The notes under the pieces: generated by a model | Seen by the model: only the letters and a program-made list of their open reading frames with translations | The model's database searches: none | What the model was told of the DNA's origin: nothing | Made by a program: the position numbers and the translations under genes | Shown: positions 54,201 through 64,000 of the stretch, in pieces | How positions within the stretch are numbered: the first letter of the stretch is position 1 | Layout: every line of letters begins with the position of its first letter | NCBI GenBank assembly: GCA_032718475.1 | Contig: JAUCBJ010001183.1 | Coordinates: 1-64,000, forward strand | Length of the DNA: 64,000 nt | Reading direction: 5' to 3' | Origin: Nemertoderma westbladi | Lineage: Eukaryota > Animalia > Xenacoelomorpha

Positions 54201-57200
54201 CGGTAGATGAGTAGTAGAGTAAACAAAACTTAGAGTTCTGTGTGAACCCGGTAGATGAGTAGTAGAGTAAACAAAACTGTGAGTGCTGTGTGAACCCGGT
54301 AGATGAGTAGTAGAGTAAACAAAACTTAGAGTGCTGTGTGAACCCGGTAGATGAGTAGTAGAATAAACAAAACTTTGAGTGCTGTGTGAACCCGGTAGAT
54401 GAGTAGTAGAGTAAACAAAACTTAGAGTGCTGTGTGAACCCGGTAGATGAGTAGTAGAGTAAACAAAACGCTATGTGAACCCGGTAGATGAGTAGTAGAG
54501 TAAACAAAACTTAGAGTGCTGTGTGAACCCGGTAGATGAGTAGTAGAGTAAACAAAACTTAGAGTTCTGTGTGAACCCGGTAGCTGAGTAGTACAGTAAA
54601 CAAAACTTAGAGTGCTGTGTGAACCCGGTAGATGAGTAGTAGAGCAAACAAAACTTTGAGTGCTGTGTGAACCCGGTAGATGAATAGTAAAGTAAACAAA
54701 ACTTAGAGTGCTGTGTGAACCCGGTAGATGAGTAGTAGAGTAAACAAAACTTAGAGTGCTATGTGAACCCGGTAGATGAGTAGTAGAGTAAACAAAACGC
54801 TATGTGAACCTGGTAGATGAGTAGTAGAGTAAACAAAACTTAGAGTGGTGTGTGAACCCGGTAGATGAGTAGTAGAGTAAACAAAACTTAGAGTGCTGTG
54901 TGAACCCGGTAGATGAGTAGTAGAGCAAACAAAACTTTGAGTGCTGTGTGAACCCGGTAGATGAATAGTAAAGTAAACAAAACTTAGAGTGCTGTGTGAA
55001 CCCGGTAGATGAGTAGTAGAGTAAACAAAACTTAGAGTGCTGTGTGAACCCGGTAGATGAGTAGTAGAGTAAACAAAACTTAGAGTGCTATGTGAACCCG
55101 GTAGATGAGTAGTAGAGTAAACAAAACGCTATGTGAACCTGGTAGATGAGTAGTAGAGTAAACAAAGCTTAGAGTGCTGTGTGAACCCGGTAGATGAGTA
55201 GTAGAGTAAACAAAACTTAGAGTGCTGTGTGAACCCGGTAGATGAGTAGTAGAGTAAACAAAACTTTGAGTGCTATGTGAACCCGGTAGATGAGTAGTAG
55301 AGTAAACAAAACTTAGAGTGGTGTGTGAACCCGGTAGATGAGTAGTAGAGTAAACAAAACTTTGAGTGCTATGTGAACCCGGTAGATGAGTAGTAGAGTA
55401 AACAAAACTTAGAGTGGTGTGTGAACCCGGTAGATGAGTAGTAGAGTAAACAAAACTTTGAGTGCTGTGTGAACCCGGTAGATGAGTAGTAGAGTAAACA
55501 AAACTTAGAGTGGTGTGTGAACCCGGTAGATGAGTAGTAGAGTAAACAAAACTTTGAGTGCTGTGTGAACCCAGTAGATGAGTAGTAGAGTAAACAAAAC
55601 TTAGAGTGCTGTGTGAACCCGGTAGAGGAGTAGTAGAGTAAACAAAACTTTGAGTGCTGTGTGAACCCGGTAGATGAGTAGTAGAGTAAACAAAACTCTA
55701 GAGTGGTGTGTGAACCCGGTAGCTGAGTAGTAGAGTAAACAAAACGTAGAGTGCTGTGTGAACCCGGTAGCTGAGTAGTAGAGTAAACAAAACTTAGAGT
55801 GGTGTGTGAACCCGGTAGCTGAGTAGTAGAGTAAACAAAACTTAGAGTGGTGTGTGAACCCAGTAGCTGAGTAGTAGAGTAAACAAAACGTAGAGTGCTG
55901 TGTGAACCCGGTAGCTGAGTAGTAGAGTAAACAAAACGTAGAGTGCTGTGTGAACCCGGTAGATGAGTAGTAGAGTAAACAAAACTTTGAGTGCTGTGTG
56001 AACCCGGTAGCTGAGTAGTAGAGTAAACAAAACGTAGAGTGCTGTGTGAACCCGGTAGCTGAGTAGTAGAGTAAACAAAACGTAGAGTGCTGTGTGAACC
56101 CGGTAGATGAGTAGTAGAGTAAACAAAACTTAGAGTGCTGTGTGAACCCGGTAGATGAGTAGTAGAGTAAACAAAACTTAGAGTGCTGTGTGAACCCGGT
56201 AGATGAGTAGTAGAGTAAACAAAACTTAGAGTTCTGTGTGAACCCGGTAGATGAGTAGTAGAGTAAACAAAACTTTGAGTGCTGTGTGAACCCGGTAGCT
56301 GAGTAGTAGAGTAAACAAAACTTAGAGTGCTGTGTGAACCTGGTAGATGAGTAGTAGAGTAAACAAAACTTAGAGTGCTGTGTGAACCCGGTAGAGGAGT
56401 AGTAGAGTAAACAAAACTTAGAGTGCTGTGTGAACCCGGTAGATGAGTAGTAGAGTGCTGTGTGAACCTGGTAGCTGAGTAGTAGAGTAAACAAAACTTT
56501 GAGTGCTGTGTGAACCCGGTAGATGAGTAGTAGAGTAAACAAAACTTAGAGTTCTGTGTGAACCCGGTAGATGAGTAGTAGAGTAAACAAAACTTTGAGT
56601 GCTGTGTGAACCCGGTAGCTGAGTAGTAGAGTAAACAAAACTTAGAGTGCTGTGTGAACCTGGTAGATGAGTAGTAGAGTAAACAAAACTAAGAGTGCTG
56701 TGTGAACCCGGTAGAGGAGTAGTAGAGTAAACAAAACTTAGAGTGCTGTGTGAACCCGGTAGATGAGTAGTAGAGTGCTGTGTGAACCTGGTAGCTGAGT
56801 AGTAGAGTAAACAAAACTTTGAGTGCTGTGTGAACCCGGTAGATGAGTAGTAGAGTAAACAAAACGTAGGCTGTGTGAACCCGGTAGAGGAGTAGTAGAG
56901 TAAACAAAACTTAGAGTGCTGTGTGAACCCGGTAGATGAGTAGTAGAGTAAACAAAACTTAGAGTGCTGTGTGAACCCGGTAGATGAGTAGTAGTGTAAA
57001 CAAAACTTTGAGTGCTGTGTGAACCCGGTAGATGAGTAGTAGAGTAAACAAAACGTAGGCTGTGTGAACCCGGTAGAGGAGTAGTAGAGTAAACAAAACT
57101 TAGAGTGCTGTGTGAACCCGGTAGATGAGTAGTAGAGTAAACAAAACTTAGAGTGCTGTGTGAACCCGGTAGATGAGTAGTAGAGTAAACAAAACTTAGA

Positions 57201-60200
57201 GTGCTGTGTGAACCCGGTAGATGAGTAGTAGAGTAAACAAAACGTAGGCTGTGTGAACCCGGTAGAGGAGTAGTAGAGTAAACAAAACTTAGAGTGCTGT
57301 GTGAACCCGGTAGATGAGTAGTAGAGTAAACAAAACTTAGAGTGCTGTGTGAACCCGGTAGATGAGTAGTAGAGTAAACAAAACTTAGAGTGCTGTGTGA
57401 ACCCGGTAGAGGAGTAGTAGAGTAAACAAAACTTAGAGTGCTGTGTGAACCCGGTAGATGAGTAGTAGAGTAAACAAAACTTAGAGTGCTGTGTGAACCC
57501 GGTAGATGAGTAGTAGAGTAAACAAAACTTAGAGTGCTGTGTGAACCCGGTAGATGAGTAGTAGTGTAAACAAAACTTTGAGTGCTGTGTGAACCCGGTA
57601 GATGAGTAGTAGAGTAAACAAAACGTAGGCTGTGTGAACCCGGTAGATGAGTAGTAGAGTAAACAAAACTTAGAGTGATGTGTGAACCCGGTAGATGAGT
57701 AGTAGAGTAAACAAAACTTAGAGTTCTGTGTGAACCCGGTAGATGAGTAGTAGAGTAAACAAAACTTTGAGTGCTGTGTGAACCCGGTAGCTGAGTAGTA
57801 GAGTAAACAAAACTTAGAGTGCTGTGTGAACCTGGTAGATGAGTAGTAGAGTAAACAAAACTTAGAGTGCTGTGTGAACCCGGTAGAGGAGTAGTAGAGT
57901 AAACAAAACTTAGAGTGCTGTGTGAACCCGGTAGATGAGTAGTAGAGTGCTGTGTGAACCTGGTAGCTGAGTAGTAGAGTAAACAAAACTTTGAGTTCTG
58001 TGTGAACCCGGTAGATGAGTAGTAGAGTAAACAAAACGTAGGCTGTGTGAACCCGGTAGAGGAGTAGTAGAGTAAACAAAACTTAGAGTGCTGTGTGAAC
58101 CCGGTAGATGAGTAGTAGAGTAAACAAAACTTAGAGTGCTGTGTGAACCCGGTAGATGAGTAGTAGTGTAAACAAAACTTTGAGTGCTGTGTGAACCCGG
58201 TAGATGAGTAGTAGAGTAAACAAAACGTAGGCTGTGTGAACCCGGTAGAGGAGTAGTAGAGTAAACAAAACTTAGAGTGCTGTGTGAACCCGGTAGATGA
58301 GTAGTAGAGTAAACAAAACTTAGAGTGCTGTGTGAACCCGGTAGATGAGTAGTAGAGTAAACAAAACTTAGAGTGCTGTGTGAACCCGGTAGATGAGTAG
58401 TAGAGTAAACAAAACGTAGGCTGTGTGAACCCGGTAGAGGAGTAGTAGAGTAAACACAACTTAGAGTGCTGTGTGAACCCGGTAGATGAGTAGTAGAGTA
58501 AACAAAACTTAGAGTGCTGTGTGAACCCGGTAGATGAGTAGTAGAGTAAACAAAACTTAGAGTGCTGTGTGAACCCGGTAGAGGAGTAGTAGAGTAAACA
58601 AAACTTAGAGTGCTGTGTGAACCCGGTAGATGAGTAGTAGAGTAAACAAAACTTAGAGTGCTGTGTGAACCCGGTAGATGAGTAGTAGAGTAAACAAAAC
58701 TTAGAGTGCTGTGTGAACCCGGTAGATGAGTAGTAGTGTAAACAAAACTTTGAGTGCTGTGTGAACCCGGTAGATGAGTAGTAGAGTAAACAAAACGTAG
58801 GCTGTGTGAACCCAGTAGATGAGTAGTAGAGTAAACAAAACTTAGAGTGCTGTGTGAACCCGGTAGATGAGTAGTAGAGTAAACAAAACTTAGAGTGCTG
58901 TGTGAACCCGGTAGATGAGTAGTAGAGTAAACAAAACTTAGAGTGCTGTGTGAACCCGGTAGATGAGTAGTAGAGTAAACAAAACGTAGGCTGTGTGAAC
59001 CCGGTAGCTGAGTAGTAGAGTAAACAAAACTTAGAGTGCTGTGTGAACCCGGTAGATGAGTAGTAGAGTAAACAAAACTTAGAGTGCTGTGTGAACCCGG
59101 TAGATGAGTAGTAGAGTAAACAAAACTTAGAGTGCTGTGTGAATCCGGTAGATGAGTAGTAGAGTAAACAAAACTTAGAGTTCTGTGTGAACCCGGTAGA
59201 TGAGTAGTAGAGTAAACACAACTCTGAGTGCTGTGTGAACCCGGTAGATGAGTAGTAGAGTAAACACAACTTTGAGTGCTGTGTGAACCCGGTAGATGAG
59301 TAGTAGAGTAAACAAAACTTAGAGTGCTATGTGAACCCGGTAGATGAGTAGTAGAGTAAACAAAACTTAGAGTGCTGTGTGAACCCGGTAGATGAGTAGT
59401 AGAGTAAACAAAACTTAGAGTGCTGTGTGAACCTGGTAGATGAGTAGTAGAGTAAACAAAACTTTGAGTGCTGTGTGAACCCGGTAGATGAGTAGTAGAG
59501 TAAACAAAACTTTGAGTGCTGTGTGAACCCGGTAGATGAGTAGTAGAGTAAACAAAACTTAGAGTGCTGTGTGAACCCGGTAGATGAGTAGTAGAGTAAA
59601 CAAAACTTTGAGTGCTGTGTGAACCCGGTAGATGAGTACTAGAGTAAACAAATCTTTGAGTGCTGTGTGAACCCGGTAGATGAGTAGTAGAGTAAACAAA
59701 ACTTTGAGTGCTATGTGAACCCGGTAGATGAGTAGTAGAGTAAACAAAACTTAGAGTGCTGTGTGAACCCGGTAGATGAGTAGTAGAGTAAACAAAACGC
59801 TATGTGAACCTGGTAGATGAGTAGTAGAGTAAACAAAACTTAGAGTGGTGTGTGAACCCGGTAGATGAGTAGTAGAGTAAACAAAACTTAGAGTGCTGTG
59901 TGAACCCGGTAGATGAGTAGTAGAGTAAACAAAACTTAGAGTGCTGTGTGAACCCGGTAGATGAGTAGTAGAGTAAACAAAACTTTGAGTGCTGTGTGAA
60001 CCCGGTAGATGATAGTAGAGTAAACAAAACTTGAGTGCTGTGTGAACCCGGTAGATGAGTAGTAGAGTAAACAAAACTTAGAGTGCTGTGTGAACCCGGT
60101 AGATGAGTAGTAGAGTAAACAAAACTTAGAGTGCTGTGTGAACCCGGTAGATGAGTAGTAGTGTAAACAAAACTTTGAGTGCTGTGTGAACCCGGTAGTA

Positions 60201-63200
60201 GTAGAGTAAACAAAACGTAGGCTGTGTGAACCCGGTAGAGGAGTAGTAGAGTAAACAAAACTTAGAGTGCTGTGTGAACCCGGTAGATGAGTAGTAGAGT
60301 AAACAAAACTTAGAGTGCTGTGTGAACCCGGTAGATGAGTAGTAGAGTAAACAAAACTTAGAGTGCTGTGTGAACCCGGTAGATGAGTAGTAGAGTAAAC
60401 AAAACGTAGGCTGTGTGAACCCGGTAGAGGAGTAGTAGAGTAAACAAAACTTAGAGTGCTGTGTGAACCCGGTAGATGAGTAGTAGAGTAAACAAAACTT
60501 AGAGTGCTGTGTGAACCTGGTAGATGAGTAGTAGAGTAAACAAAACTTAGAGTGCTGTGTGAACCCGGTAGAGGAGTAGTAGAGTAAACAAAACTTAGAG
60601 TGCTGTGTGAACCCGGTAGATGAGTAGTAGAGTAAACAAAACTTAGAGTGCTGTGTGAACCCGGTAGATGAGTAGTAGAGTAAACAAAACTTAGAGTGCT
60701 GTGTGAACCCGGTAGATGAGTAGTAGTGTAAACAAAACTTTGAGTGCTGTGTGAACCCGGTAGATGAGTAGTAGAGTAAACAAAACGTAGGCTGTGTGAA
60801 CCCGGTAGATGAGTAGTAGAGTAAACAAAACTTAGAGTGATGTGTGAACCCGGTAGATGAGTAGTAGAGTAAACAAAACTTAGAGTTCTGTGTGAACCCG
60901 GTAGATGAGTAGTAGAGTAAACAAAACTTTGAGTGCTGTGTGAACCCGGTAGATGAGTAGTAGTGTAAACAAAACTTTGAGTGCTGTGTGAACCCGGTAG
61001 TAGTAGAGTAAACAAAACGTAGGCTGTGTGAACCCGGTAGAGGAGTAGTAGAGTAAACAAAACTTAGAGTGCTGTGTGAACCCGGTAGATGAGTAGTAGA
61101 GTAAACAAAACTTAGAGTGCTGTGTGAACCCGGTAGATGAGTAGTAGTGTAAACAAAACTTTGAGTGCTGTGTGAACCCGGTAGTAGTAGAGTAAACAAA
61201 ACGTAGGCTGTGTGAACCCGGTAGAGGAGTAGTAGAGTAAACAAAACTTAGAGTGCTGTGTGAACCCGGTAGATGAGTAGTAGAGTAAACAAAACTTAGA
61301 GTGCTGTGTGAACCCGGTAGATGAGTAGTAGAGTAAACAAAACTTAGAGTGCTGTGTGAACCCGGTAGATGAGTAGTAGAGTAAACAAAACGTAGGCTGT
61401 GTGAACCCGGTAGAGGAGTAGTAGAGTAAACAAAACTTAGAGTGCTGTGTGAACCCGGTAGATGAGTAGTAGAGTAAACAAAACTTAGAGTGCTGTGTGA
61501 ACCTGGTAGATGAGTAGTAGAGTAAACAAAACTTAGAGTGCTGTGTGAACCCGGTAGAGGAGTAGTAGAGTAAACAAAACTTAGAGTGCTGTGTGAACCC
61601 GGTAGATGAGTAGTAGAGTAAACAAAACTTAGAGTGCTGTGTGAACCCGGTAGATGAGTAGTAGAGTAAACAAAACTTAGAGTGCTGTGTGAACCCGGTA
61701 GATGAGTAGTAGTGTAAACAAAACTTTGAGTGCTGTGTGAACCCGGTAGATGAGTAGTAGAGTAAACAAAACGTAGGCTGTGTGAACCCGGTAGATGAGT
61801 AGTAGAGTAAACAAAACTTAGAGTGATGTGTGAACCCGGTAGATGAGTAGTAGAGTAAACAAAACTTAGAGTTCTGTGTGAACCCGGTAGATGAGTAGTA
61901 GAGTAAACAAAACTTTGAGTGCTGTGTGAACCCGGTAGCTGAGTAGTAGAGTAAACAAAACTTAGAGTGCTGTGTGAACCTGGTAGATGAGTAGTAGAGT
62001 AAACAAAACTTAGAGTGCTGTGTGAACCCGGTAGAGGAGTAGTAGAGTAAACAAAACTTAGAGTGCTGTGTGAACCCGGTAGATGAGTAGTAGAGTGCTG
62101 TGTGAACCTGGTAGCTGAGTAGTAGAGTAAACAAAACTTTGAGTTCTGTGTGAACCCGGTAGATGAGTAGTAGAGTAAACAAAACGTAGGCTGTGTGAAC
62201 CCGGTAGAGGAGTAGTAGAGTAAACAAAACTTAGAGTGCTGTGTGAACCCGGTAGATGAGTAGTAGAGTAAACAAAACTTAGAGTGCTGTGTGAACCCGG
62301 TAGATGAGTAGTAGTGTAAACAAAACTTTGAGTGCTGTGTGAACCCGGTAGATGAGTAGTAGAGTAAACAAAACGTAGGCTGTGTGAACCCGGTAGAGGA
62401 GTAGTAGAGTAAACAAAACTTAGAGTGCTGTGTGAACCCGGTAGATGAGTAGTAGAGTAAACAAAACTTAGAGTGCTGTGTGAACCCGGTAGATGAGTAG
62501 TAGAGTAAACAAAACTTAGAGTGCTGTGTGAACCCGGTAGATGAGTAGTAGAGTAAACAAAACGTAGGCTGTGTGAACCCGGTAGAGGAGTAGTAGAGTA
62601 AACACAACTTAGAGTGCTGTGTGAACCCGGTAGATGAGTAGTAGAGTAAACAAAACTTAGAGTGCTGTGTGAACCCGGTAGATGAGTAGTAGAGTAAACA
62701 AAACTTAGAGTGCTGTGTGAACCCGGTAGAGGAGTAGTAGAGTAAACAAAACTTAGAGTGCTGTGTGAACCCGGTAGATGAGTAGTAGAGTAAACAAAAC
62801 TTAGAGTGCTGTGTGAACCCGGTAGATGAGTAGTAGAGTAAACAAAACTTAGAGTGCTGTGTGAACCCGGTAGATGAGTAGTAGTGTAAACAAAACTTTG
62901 AGTGCTGTGTGAACCCGGTAGATGAGTAGTAGAGTAAACAAAACGTAGGCTGTGTGAACCCAGTAGATGAGTAGTAGAGTAAACAAAACTTAGAGTGCTG
63001 TGTGAACCCGGTAGATGAGTAGTAGAGTAAACAAAACTTAGAGTGCTGTGTGAACCCGGTAGATGAGTAGTAGAGTAAACAAAACTTAGAGTGCTGTGTG
63101 AACCCGGTAGATGAGTAGTAGAGTAAACAAAACGTAGGCTGTGTGAACCCGGTAGCTGAGTAGTAGAGTAAACAAAACTTAGAGTGCTGTGTGAACCCGG

Positions 63201-64000
63201 TAGATGAGTAGTAGAGTAAACAAAACTTAGAGTGCTGTGTGAACCCGGTAGATGAGTAGTAGAGTAAACAAAACTTAGAGTGCTGTGTGAATCCGGTAGA
63301 TGAGTAGTAGAGTAAACAAAACTTAGAGTTCTGTGTGAACCCGGTAGATGAGTAGTAGAGTAAACACAACTCTGAGTGCTGTGTGAACCCGGTAGATGAG
63401 TAGTAGAGTAAACACAACTTTGAGTGCTGTGTGAACCCGGTAGATGAGTAGTAGAGTAAACAAAACTTAGAGTGCTATGTGAACCCGGTAGATGAGTAGT
63501 AGAGTAAACAAAACTTAGAGTGCTGTGTGAACCCGGTAGATGAGTAGTAGAGTAAACAAAACTTAGAGTGCTGTGTGAACCTGGTAGATGAGTAGTAGAG
63601 TAAACAAAACTTTGAGTGCTGTGTGAACCCGGTAGATGAGTAGTAGAGTAAACAAAACTTTGAGTGCTGTGTGAACCCGGTAGATGAGTAGTAGAGTAAA
63701 CAAAACTTAGAGTGCTGTGTGAACCCGGTAGATGAGTAGTAGAGTAAACAAAACTTTGAGTGCTGTGTGAACCCGGTAGATGAGTACTAGAGTAAACAAA
63801 TCTTTGAGTGCTGTGTGAACCCGGTAGATGAGTAGTAGAGTAAACAAAACTTTGAGTGCTATGTGAACCCGGTAGATGAGTAGTAGAGTAAACAAAACTT
63901 AGAGTGCTGTGTGAACCCGGTAGATGAGTAGTAGAGTAAACAAAACGCTATGTGAACCTGGTAGATGAGTAGTAGAGTAAACAAAACTTAGAGTGGTGTG
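9262..64000. repeat. 48-bp satellite array, consensus caaaacttagagtgctgtgtgaacccggtagatgagtagtagagtaaa; roughly 1,150 head-to-tail monomers, running off the window end
   Basis: Uninterrupted period in a single orientation. Most monomers differ from consensus by only a few substitutions. Recurrent 32-, 41-, 42-, 45- and 49-bp length variants occur. Copy number is estimated as length divided by monomer size. Confidence 0.98.

Noticed and set aside
9200-63895. Dozens of long minus-strand ORFs (up to 1334 aa) as real repeat-protein genes
   Set aside because: They are translations of the 48-bp monomer with arbitrary non-ATG starts and no unique N- or C-terminus. They overlap in several frames and are broken by indel variants that are not multiples of 3.
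9262-64000. CRISPR array
   Set aside because: There are no unique spacers (units are contiguous near-identical monomers), no cas genes, and the context is eukaryotic.

Overview
Eukaryotic, probably animal, repeat-rich DNA with no intact gene visible. The first ~9.2 kb is AT-rich host sequence. It carries a GC-rich, frameshifted Ty3/Gypsy (Mag/K02A2.6-like) gag-pol element on the minus strand (~724-4740), a probable tRNA-derived SINE, a 5'-truncated RTE-clade LINE (7329-~8320), a probable LINE 3' tail and one or two exon-like segments. The Gypsy element has unusual ends. Its 5' LTR, primer-binding site and most of gag are replaced by a perfect 71-nt TG...CA hairpin (28-bp stem) built from the first 50 nt of the 3' LTR, with the loop flipped relative to the other end. 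From 9262 to the end of the window (~54.7 kb) there is one head-to-tail 48-bp satellite array. It contains fixed-length deletion variants, zoned variant distribution and kb-scale higher-order duplications. The many long minus-strand ORFs in the array are judged artefacts of the 48-bp (16-codon) period. All calls come from reading the sequence; no searches were run.
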